A stretch of DNA of 64,000 nt from Auanema rhodensis (Eukaryota; Animalia; Nematoda), in NCBI GenBank assembly GCA_964057225.1, contig OZ059896.1, forward strand, positions 9,672,001 through 9,736,000. Reading direction: 5' to 3'. A model generated the notes under the pieces. That model was not told the DNA's origin and searched no databases. It worked only from the letters and a program-made list of their open reading frames with translations. The position numbers and the translations under genes are program-made. Of this stretch, positions 51,547 through 64,000 are shown one piece after another (within the stretch, counting starts at the first letter, position 1; each line of letters begins with the position of its first letter).

Positions 51547-54500
51547 ATGGGCTTTGACAGAGGTCGTCGAGCACGTAGCAACAGTACTAGCAGGTATTGT
51601 TTATCTTTAAGTTTTCTAACGCGGCATCCTTATTAAGTGAATCTGGTGACGAATATTCCTCGAGGAATGATATACGTCGCTTCATGAAGAGTCGGTCTTC
51701 ACTACGAACCAAGAATGCAGATTGGAATGTATGTATCAATAGTTTAGTTACTTTATGCCATCTTTCAAAACGTTTAGCTGCATATTACCTGGATTGCCTT
51801 AGCATCTGTTTTGGTCTTATCTCCACTTCCGATGACTAAGTTCTCATACAGTTTTGGTCGAGGTAATTTTTATACATATATACATATTTCTGTTTTTTTA
51901 CTTGATTGACACTAGTATGAGCACCCAATCTCCAGCTATACATTTCTGAAATCTGGTAACTTATTTCAAAATAATTGTTAAATAACCAATTTTACATTGA
52001 CTTCATAAAGAAACTTGATGCGCACCTAGATTCTTCGTAATGCCTGTGTGGTATGGTCAATCAACATGACTGTCTATTCCCACAGTCTTTCGTTATTTTT
52101 TCACTAGTTCTCTCTTTCCCGTCTCTGCCGCAATCATGCCAACAAATATGACATCACTTATTGTGTGATATTTCGTCTCTTTAATCGCAAACGCGCATTC
52201 GATGTCGCCTGACTTCTAGCGTTTTCGTTTCAACATTTTGAATAGAAGTTCTTTTTTTTTCTAGAGTTTTTCCAAATGCATCTTTAAAACTTTGTTTTTT
52301 GAACAATTTTCTATTCGATCTAAAAATTTAAAGGTTTAGCTCCTTTGGAATTATGTTCATCAGCAATTTAAAACATTTTTTATTTTCTGAAGGCTTTTGT
52401 TATTTTTAGTGATAACGGTATACGATTTTAGTTTCATATTGATATAAATTGATAATTACATGGCGTTTCTTATCATTCTTGGCATTTTCATCTATTGCAG
52501 AAAACGTCTTTGAGATGGATATGGAGAGAAATTACCAGGACGGTTACAAACCTCGTCCAATGGGAATAAGGTATAGCTTAAAACGACTTAGTTTTCAAAT
52601 ATTTTTTATTCAGATGGAGAGATGATGAATGGGCAAGGCAACAGTGGAATCCTTATAATGAAAGTTATCGTACAATTGTAATATTTTGTTTGTGTTTACA
52701 GTTTCAAATGTTTTTTTAAAGGTTACTATGCCTGTCATGACCGAGAGACCTAGAGGTTATGTAGGAAGGCAGATGCCCACAACCTCGTCTGAATCAACAT
52801 CGAGTAGTCAAGACCCAAGCTTGGAGGTGTGTTTTAATGATATATTTTGAAATATTTTGAATGTGCTAGGACATTGACTTGATTGATGTATTATGGCGAA
52901 GTGATATAGCGGCCGAGAAAGGATCACGCCAATTAGCTCCATCTGATCAGTATGAAAGAGATCTCCAACTTCTTACAGAGAAAAGCAATAGAGCTGTTAG
53001 TTTTAATCCACTTATACTGAAACTTTTTTCCTCAAAAATGTACCTAATCTTCTTATGCAAATCAGTTTCCTTTTTGATGATGGCCCTTGGTCTTCTCATT
53101 GTCCCAATCTGTTGTTCTTATTCCACGAATTCTACATATTCGTGTAGGTTTAATCAACAGAATGGTACTCATACCTAGGTTTACAATTGGGGCTATGGAG
53201 TTTATTATATTTTTTATACCCAAAGGGGCTAGCTGATTACACCAGTTTGCACTGCTTAATGTAAATTCTAATTGACTGATATGGTTTATTGATCAAAATT
53301 TCACTAACAATGTAATTTTATTTTAAAACCGTTTTAAACTACAGTATACTATTTCTTAAAGTCACTAAATGAAGTACGAATTTTTTTGCAGCAACCCAAT
53401 TCTTTCTATTTCAGCATCTCACTGCTGAAGAATCATCTCGTTTTGAAGGTCTTGCAAAGGTTTACTATGAAGATTTTTATAATCCATGCAGCACCAAGAG
53501 CGGTAAAATGTCTGCACCTGAACACTATGAAGAAGTAAAGAGAAACATTGCAACTCCTACAGACGTATTTTTAATTTTGTTTATTTTGATTTATTTTCTT
53601 CTTTAGGATGACCTTGATGCTTTATGGACAGATATGAAAACTAAAAATTCAGAGCTGGATCAAGCGATTAGTTTCCCATATTCATCAAATGTACTAGAAT
53701 CAGACAATACTCCGTTGCTGAACAACGTTAGTTTGTCTGAAGGAGTGATTTTTAATCAAGGCAATGGTGAGATTAAGTTTGCACTTTCTTAACCTGTTTA
53801 TTTTATTTAGCTACTGATTTCCAATACCTTCAAAATGAGCAAAATGTTGTGCCTGATTCGCACGACTTTCAAAGTCCTTCAGCTGGACTGTATAATAGTA
53901 CAACTTTGGAGTTGGGGAATTCTTGGATGCAGCAGCCTGATGTTACACCTAATGAAGGTACATTTATAATTATTAATAAACTACGTCACTAAGTGTAGAT
54001 TTATGTTTTTATGGACGATCTTCGGCTTATAATATTACATCAGTTATGTAGATAACACGTGTCTAAAATTCATCCTTATCAAATTTCATAGGTTGTAGCC
54101 TCTTGGTTTCACTTATCTTTTAAGAGGGGACAACGTATTAAGCCTTTAAATAATTAGTTTGTTGCGGTTATTTAGTGTGTGAGTATTCTGGTAGTGTGAG
54201 CTAGAGTGTAAAAATGAATGAAATGGCCCATCAATTTTCAAAATATTCATATAGCTCAAATCCATTGCTTGGTTTGTTTTATTATTTATCTTCTTTAATT
54301 CTGTTTTAAACATACTAATATATTCAGTGTTTCCTACTGCTCCTAATCTAAACTATGCCCCGTTCCCTCCCAATGACACTGCTGTCCCCATTGTGTCTAC
54401 TGGCGTACATTATGATCACGCGTACCAGGTATCGAAAAACTTTTCAGACCTGTTATTTGACTGTCAACTTTCAGACATCTAGACCACATGTGTATGATCC

Positions 54501-55066
54501 CTACTACGGTGTACGTTCTTCTTCTCTCAGCGAGTACGTGAGATGTTTTAATTTTCTTTCAAGGTGCATTTTTCAGTTCGTCTTCTATTTGTTCATCCTC
54601 GTCTTCGACTTCTCCTTCATACTCTAGTGAAACTGAAAATAGAGTTCCTGTTTCTAGGTTTGATAACTTTAGCTTTAAGTAAATTAGAACATTTTCTAGA
54701 TATTTCGGCAAGCTAGCACCACCACAAGAGAATTATCCCAAGAAAGAATCCGATGAAGAATCAAATGAATATAGACCATTTTCACCTACTCCTACTCCAC
54801 GTCGCCGAGGAAGACAGTCCAAAGATGAACATCTTGCTCATACTAATAAGTTGCCTGTCTCAGCCTGCGAAATCGCCGAAATGCCTCTAGCTGACTTGCA
54901 AAAAATTCTTAAGGATGATCGCTGGACAGAACAGCAGAAAGCTTTGATTAGAAAGATTAGAAGAAGAGGAAAGAATAAGGTTGCTGCTCGTCAGTGTCGC
55001 CTCCGTCGTGGAGACCGTGTTCAAAAGAAACAATGGTGTAGCATGGCTGGAGGGAATTCTCCTTGA
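51547..55066 (+). CDS. skn-1: SKN-1 (Nrf/CNC) transcription factor, long membrane-anchored SKN-1A-type form
   Basis: MGFDRGRRARS start, hydrophobic LHITWIALASVLVLSPL, RPMGIRWRDD, DIDLIDVLWRSDI, NNVSLSEG, RRRGRQSKDE, and basic region IRKIRRRGKNKVAARQCR with no leucine zipper. Confidence 0.94.
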
Positions 55067-57071
55067 AAACTATTAAGTTATTTAAAGTCGAAAAATTCAT
55101 TTCTGCATGTAAAGGAGGAAATTATCTCATACCAATTTGTTTTTAGCTTAGAATCACCTGTATATTCGATGTAATTTAGTTTCGTATATGCGATGCGCAT
55201 ATTGGTCTTATATTTATTACCTCGGTGTTTTCCCCCACTTAACACAGTGTTACTGAACCAAATTTTGATATATACTCCCAGTATTCCACTATGAAAAGAA
55301 GTGCTGGTTCTCTCCTATGTAACTGTAGAATAGACGCACGGGTTCTCTATAATAATGTTTTACACTAAGCATGTTTTTAATAATATTGATCGCTATTATC
55401 AAATTAATAGAGAAACATCTTGTATCTCTTTTTTTACTGTCACATTATTCTGATCCAAATATTCTAATAAATTGTTTCTACTTGCTTAAATTGTTTCGAA
55501 TTTATTTTCTGTACTGGATCTCTCATCAGTGATAGAAATAAAGGGTGAATAAACACGGGGTTGAAAAGTAAAGTAAAAGTTCCTTGCAAGGCATAACAAC
55601 AGCACTTATGGGGAAACTCATTTTTCTTTTTACACATACTAAAGCGGAATATTTTGCAATTTTCTTAACATTCAAATCAAAGTGCAAACAAAAAGAAAAA
55701 AATTGTCAATTAGGTGTTGCTTTGTCCAAAAATGGGTTATTTTGAATATAAAAGAAATTTCCAAAAACAACATATCTTTTAAATAGCTACGTGCTAAATT
55801 GCTTGAAATCACTAGTTCTTTAATCTTCAATATAGTGAATACAATAGAACGGATGAATATTTTTATATAAAAAAACCAAAGATAATATAGATGTAGAGAC
55901 ATAAAATAAATAAATATATACATTCTAATATCTATTATTATATTTAAAAATAGTTTAATTTTGAAATATCAAAAGATGACGGGAAAATATAGAAAATGTA
56001 TGTTGCATAAATATTTTTTTACATTAACAGTTTAGTATTTTTTGGTTTTCTCAAATTTTTTTCAATGCAGATTATGCATGGTGTGAACAAAATAATATTG
56101 ATAAATATCTTCTCTATTATTATAATTCAATTAAAAAGGAGAAACAAGAAAAACAAGAAATTTAAAATACAATTCAAAGTAAAATCCGAATAATGTTACT
56201 GATATTACGCTTAAGAAGAAAAGAAAATGAATTTTTTAGATCATGTATCCATATTTTAAATTTCTTCTTCTGTTTCCCATCACTTTGTTTCTCATATCTT
56301 TCATAATCATAATAAGAATCATTTGTAGTTCAAACTTCATGTTGTATACAGTTTTTCAAAATTGTTTTTATTTAAGAAATATACATTTTTACAGGATGCA
56401 GTGGTGTTTTTCGAAAATTTTTTCTGACATTTCGATACATATTCAATTTTCACATATCTTTGACTAGTGTATTTGAGCTTTTGACTTTCAGATTACAAAA
56501 TTAAATTTTCATTTTGTTGTTTCTAATTATGTATACTTCAAAAAAAACTTTGCATTTACGACTGTCAACAAAAAGCGGCCAGTAAATATAAAGCAATGAG
56601 AGAAAAAAGTTTAATGAGAAAACACTGAAAAACATGCTAGCTTCATTCTCAATTATATTCGGATCGTAGCAAAGTTGTGCTACTTGTAGACAAGTTCAAC
56701 AGACATGTCTCATTCTTTAATTAATATTCCAAAAACTGACAACGTCTCTTTGCAAATCCGTGTCAATTTCATCTTTATTCGCACACCTTAGTTCTCATTC
56801 CTAGTATAGCTTCATTACCAATCAACGTTTGTCGTTGTTCAAGAACGAGCAACAACCGAGACAACCGCTTATTTTTTTTATATCGTGAACGACGACTAGT
56901 TAGCATGTCAACTTTCGTCATTAGCGTTTCTGAATAGAAACTGAAATTTGCTTTCATAGAAAGCACCAAGACCAAAATTTCCTTTGTCCATTCGTGGTTT
57001 TAGAATCCTACCTTCGTTTAGTCACTTCAACTTTTGTTCAAATCTCGTATTTTCTAAATTCTTCTCAGATA

Positions 57072-58580
57072 ATGTTATTCATTAATACAACAAAATTTGG
57101 ATTATCTGAATCTTATTGCACAACGGTTAGTATTAAAAAAGTTCTTGTTCTTATGTCAGAGCAAAAACAATTTTTCTTTAAAAGCAGATATTTGTAAATA
57201 TAAATATTTCTTTTTAGACTGGATTGAATGTTATACGCCATCCTCTTATCAGGTTTTCTCAAATGTGCGCATTTTTAACTTGTGCCTTAGCTATAATATT
57301 ACTTTTCCGTATGCTATTGAAGAAATTGCCTAAACTCAGTTATCATAGAAACTTCAAAGTAAAGTATAATTTATGAATTAAAATATAAAATAGAGGATGT
57401 TTAGTTGATTTTATGGGCTTTTCATTTTAATGCTCTTATTCATGCTGTTGTTATGACATTTAGCCAGGTATTAGCAAAATATATAATTTTTATTTTTCGT
57501 TAATACACTAAATAATTATTTTATTAACATATGTGATAATTCAGATTCATCAATTCTTTCGAGGATTTTTTATAAATGAACCTTGCGATATATTCTTGGA
57601 TTCAATGTATTATCGTAGTGCGAATATCACAATTATTTTAGTAATGCAATTACAGGTTTTTCCTTTTACAACTAAGATATTCTGAAATAATAATTATTTA
57701 GATATGGATGCTTTTTGGTTTATGGGCTGAGAGATTCATTGCCACGATATATCAAAAAAAATACGAAAAAAATATGCAATGCTTTGGCTTAATTCTACTA
57801 ATTTTAACTGTAATTTTTATTTTAATTTCATGATCAATCGAGCATAGCGAAAAATTTGTTTTGCTTTATTGAACAATAGTATATTTAGAAATTAGTACTA
57901 GAACATCAAACAGAGAGGGTTTCTTTCAGTCCATCGTTCCAATTTGTTTGACGTTTTGGGCATACTTTGAAGAAGAGTGGCAAGACCCGGCTTTGAATGT
58001 CATTAATACTCCTCCATCATCAGGAACGAGAGTGAATATCGTGCTTTACATTCATCTAGGAATCTGTTGTTTTTCATTAATTCTTATTATTTCTATTAAT
58101 CAGATTAATCAAAGGCTAAAATTGTCTCTCACTTTCCTTAAGCTTCATTAATTTTTGATTTTTCAGATTCAAAAATCATTCATCACTATCATCTCAATAT
58201 CAAATTTCTGAAAATGTTATCACAACCAGAATATTGATGTATGTATCTATCTTCACGACAACGATGTATATTTTATACATTCTCTGTACCTTGAGTGTTC
58301 GTTTATCTCATAATGCTGTTTTTTTCCGAGACCGATACCCCTTATATCAAGGATTACGTAATGCTGCATACGTAGGTGTCATAACATCATTATAAATAGT
58401 AACATATATTTTAAGATATTACCTCTTTTTGATCTCATTCTACCATTAATTACTCAATTCGTTCATGATCATGGCCGTCGTACAGCTAACATTAAGCGAC
58501 TCGAAGTTCTGTCAACTCCAGCAACTGGAGAAGAAGGATGGAAAATGTACTCTTCAATAATTCAAAAACAGTGGGGATGA
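57072..58580 (+). CDS. Serpentine chemoreceptor GPCR, Srb/Srab-like
   Basis: Spliced exons give YC..G...HPLIRFSQ, YHRNFK, EPCDIF, AERFIATIY..KYE, SLSSQYQISENV, and GWKMYSSIIQKQWG*. Confidence 0.82.
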
Positions 58581-59021
58581 GCAAAACGTTGATTTATTGT
58601 ATTATTTTCATAATCAGGATACATTTCTCAATATAAGAATGCATAATTTTTCAAAATATTGAGGACAAATCTCTTAAACTTATTCATAGTCGAAGAATTT
58701 TTTAGTTATGTATTAGTTAATGACGTTATACTGAATACTCACAATATTACTTTTTAAGAAAGAAGAAACTCTTTTTCTTTTATTTTGATTTTATAATGTT
58801 TCATCGTTATGCAAAGAAATAATTTAATATATCTTATTTCCTTGTCCATGTCAGTTATATGTATCATTCATTAAGTCAGCATTGTATAATATTATTAACT
58901 TTTTTTCTGTGATAACTTTTAATGAACACTGTGGGAAAACATCTGCTATGCATCAATGAACTATTCATATTATTAATCTTTTCCCCATACGATGCATTTG
59001 ATGAATATAAATAATCATAAT

Positions 59022-59179
59022 AAGTCTACATGGCTTGGATATTTTCGTGATCTTGGAACCGAATGTCTACGGAGAGGCTTGATCATTGCACTTTTGATTG
59101 GACTGACCTGTAAGGTAGCTGCGAGTTGAGGTTCGCCTAGAGCTAAAGTTTTGCGTGGGGATGCGTACGCGCATCACTG
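59022..59179 (+). ncRNA. U1: Variant U1 snRNA (divergent 5' end)
   Basis: Colinear with U1 over 158 nt: helix H GCTT/GAGC, SL1 with GATC loop, SL2 with U1A loop ATTGCAC and CTGACC, SL3 with the nematode GAGTTGAG motif, Sm-like AAAGTTTTG, SL4 GATGCG-TACG-CGCATC, 3' CTG. Confidence 0.92.
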
Positions 59180-59403
59180 TTACTTTGATGTAAGCTCGAT
59201 ATTTGAAATGTTGTTTTGTATTCATACGGTGTCTGCTTCGTGTGAAGATTAATGATCTAGAGTTGCAAAACATAGAAACCTTTATTGCACTGTACAGCGT
59301 CAGATATTTAGAATTTTACAATTAAATATGAAATTTGAAACAAAGTGTTTTACGAATCTTCTTCCTGCGGAAGATATTCTTGGGAAGATCAAATATATTA
59401 GTT

Positions 59404-59880
59404 TTAATGGCACTTCATGGCTGAGATATGTAAAACTCCTTTGTGATCAATATTGCTTTTCAAAGTTCCAACGTTAACGTCCTTGGGCAGCTGATAGCAT
59501 CTGTGAAACATCCGAAATTTTTAGAAAATGGGTAGTGACGAGATACCTTGTAATGCTACGAGAGGTCAAAGGTCCGGCTTGATGTCCCTTCATTGCTTTG
59601 TGCTCCAAATGAATCTCAACCAGATCACCAACAGTCTTGACCTACATCATAATCATTTTGACTAAGATCTATGATATCTCATGCGTTGACCTACCTCAAT
59701 TTCGTTTGGAGCGAATGGTTTAGCATCTAAACCAACTTCAAAATGCTCCTCATCTTCCATTAACTATAAGAAATCATGTAATATCAAACTTCAATGATCG
59801 ATGCTTACAGTAACAAACTCGTCATTGTGTTGAAGGGGCCAGTCCCACATCTTGTTCTCATGCACATTTCTAGTTTCCAT
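59404..59880 (-). CDS. hsp-12: 12-kDa small heat-shock protein (alpha-crystallin domain), HSP-12 family
   Basis: WDWPLQHNDEFV, FEVGLDAKPFAPNEIEVK, SRSITRCYQLPKDV...LKSNID.KGVLHISA; 4 exons. Confidence 0.93.
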
Positions 59881-62098
59881 TTTCACTGAAATTGTAAGAA
59901 AATTGATAAAAGTTAAGAAAAATATTTTATTGGAAAGAAAAAAAATTTTATTCAGAGCTAAATTAAAGTTTAAAGTAGCAAAAAAAAACTTCTTAAGTTA
60001 TCTGAGGATGAATTGCCTTTATATACAGACCCAATGTGTTGACGAAATAACTCTTGTTTGTTTTCCAAGACAATCACAAGGATAAGTACAGCATCATTTT
60101 GAGTGACATATGCTGAAGAAATATATTTAGCTTCTACTAGAAGAACAGATGATCGCAATTTTAAGTCAACCCATGCCTCAAGATGTGCACAGCTTGCAAG
60201 ATAATATTGTGAGAAAATATGTACTCCGGATTTTACGAGTTGAAGTTCTTCAATGAGAGTTCATATATCCATCACGTGCAATCTGTTTTCTAAAAAAAAT
60301 ATAAAATATTTCAAATACTCATTGAGCAGATGAATTTGAAGATAGTCATCTGTGGAAGATATACATGTTGTGCTCAATTTTGCAAAGCCCGATGAATAGA
60401 ATTCTTACTTTGAGTATATGAACTTGAACTTCAATACCTGATGAGGGAACAAAATATTCAATGATCTGAGCCCTAATTTCAAATACAAATACTAATAGTA
60501 AATGTTAAAATTTTAATATTTCATTCATTAATTGATAATAAATATTTCAAATACAATAAATATGTCATTTTTTATAAGATATATATACGTGCTGTATCAT
60601 ATATTTGATAATAATTCAGTTGTAACTTCAAATTATATATAAATAAATTTTATAAATATATAGTATGTACAATTTGAATTAGAATTTATTGTAGTTTTAT
60701 CATATATTTGATATACTATATTTCATATTTACACAATATTGATTACAAGTATATTTCAAATTCTTACATTCAATCCTCGTTTATTACATATTTTGAGTTT
60801 CGTTTATAAATATACTAGTTTATCTTTATCTTTATTGCATTAAATCCGTTGATGTTATGCTATACTGATGATTCTTCATCTTGGATTCGATATTTATCAT
60901 AGTTCAAATGAACTGTTACATGTACTTTGAAACTTTGTTCTGAATTTCTATCTTCTTATGTCAGAATATATAGATTTATATATTCTTCCACGTGTATAAG
61001 GATTGCGTAGACTAATGGGGGTTGACATGGAAAGCACATTGGGGACGAGGCAGTACGGTTTTGACCTTTTCCTTGACTTCTCAGCATCCTCCCACCCCAA
61101 ATCTGATGGTCACCTTTTCCCGTTTTTCTTATTCTCTCTGCGTAGTTACAACGCGAAACGTTGTCTGCTTTGCAAACCTTAGCGCAGTTTTTCGGAATAA
61201 TCATTCTATCAACCATATACCTCCGAGTAAGACCTCGCAATTCGCTCGAACTTCCACGTGGAAATGTATTTATAAACGGTCTCATCTATCCCCTCTTTCT
61301 CTGCGCTCTGCCGTTAATGTTTCTACTTCCCTCAGTTATTCTTTGTTGAAAAACCAAAATCGATACAATTTTCTAGTACAATAGGTCTGTAGTTTTGAAT
61401 ATATTTCACCAATGTTTGCTAAATTATTTATTTTTATCGGAATCTTTAGTTTTATTTTTGAACAACAGTTCACGGTTGAGAATTAAGCTAAAAGTTTAAT
61501 GCTCCAGACCTGATGAACTTCCTGGTTGTGAGTTTGTTCATCAGTGTTCAGTATGTGTGTAAAACCATGTTGGATCACTAGACTTATGATCACTAAACTT
61601 GTCGTTACTGAACAGCACATGCTCGGAGTAGTAATAGATATCGCAAGCGCTGAAAATCCATTTTAAACCATTTCTTCGTTTCTACTACATATAATAATCT
61701 TAAAAATGAGGCAAAGGCGAAGAATTGAAATTAGAGGCCAAATTCCTATGTTATCTGTTTGTATTTGACCTTCTCCTCGCTTTTTACAGTTTCTTTTTGT
61801 TACTCTTTTAGATTTTATGTTCTTGCACATTCAGAATATATCATTTTGCTTTTCTTTCCAGTGTGGCCTCCTTATCGCCGACTATCATTTCTTTTCTTTT
61901 TCTTATCTTCATGTTGATTTTCTTCTTGTTTTATGCCATCCAATGTTTCGCAAGTCGGTTGTGGCGGCGCCGGCGGCATTCTCCAGAATGTTCTGTTTCA
62001 CAGTTCGCTGCCTTCTTCTTTTTTCCTCGCGCATTTTCTATTTTTGATATTATATTATCAACTATTTAAGGTAATATACAAAAACTCGAATACTCAAA

Positions 62099-64000
<1,902 letters not shown>

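Noticed and set aside
53147-53240. GGTTTAAT start resembling an SL RNA
   Set aside because: No 22-nt leader followed by a GT donor and no proper Sm site.
54019-54030. 12-nt match to the U2 snRNA 5' region (TCTTCGGCTTAT)
   Set aside because: No downstream branch-point pairing region or Sm site in the right arrangement.
58114-58167. Apparent GC donor in the Srb receptor
   Set aside because: An in-phase GT donor (GTCTCT) 9 nt downstream gives a normal-sized intron, so GC is not required.

Overview
AT-rich, gene-dense genomic DNA from a rhabditid (clade V) nematode. Introns are very short (about 40-50 nt) and splice sites unusually degenerate, so the ORF track shows only exon fragments; I assembled the gene models by hand from GT/GC-AG boundaries and protein motifs. 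About 20 protein-coding genes, in order: Sre-type GPCR, nuclear receptor, two small orphan genes, a minus-strand cluster (C2H2/MULE-like zinc finger, BAP31, ubc-13, manf-1, SLMAP), nas-6, a PDZ-ligand transmembrane adaptor, PARG, cnnm-1, xpo-2/CSE1L, a secreted Cys-rich protein, an orphan gene, the bec-1 / skn-1 operon, Srb-type GPCR, hsp-12 and idh-1 (truncated by the window end). The standout is a full-length variant U1 snRNA gene at 59022-59179. All its helices are kept by compensatory changes, but the 5' splice-site recognition end reads AAGUCUACAUG instead of AAACUUACCUG. It would pair with YRU|GURGRY donors, and GTAGGY/GTAGRN donors recur in the introns of this window. All comparisons to C. 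elegans and other species are from memory, not from a database search.
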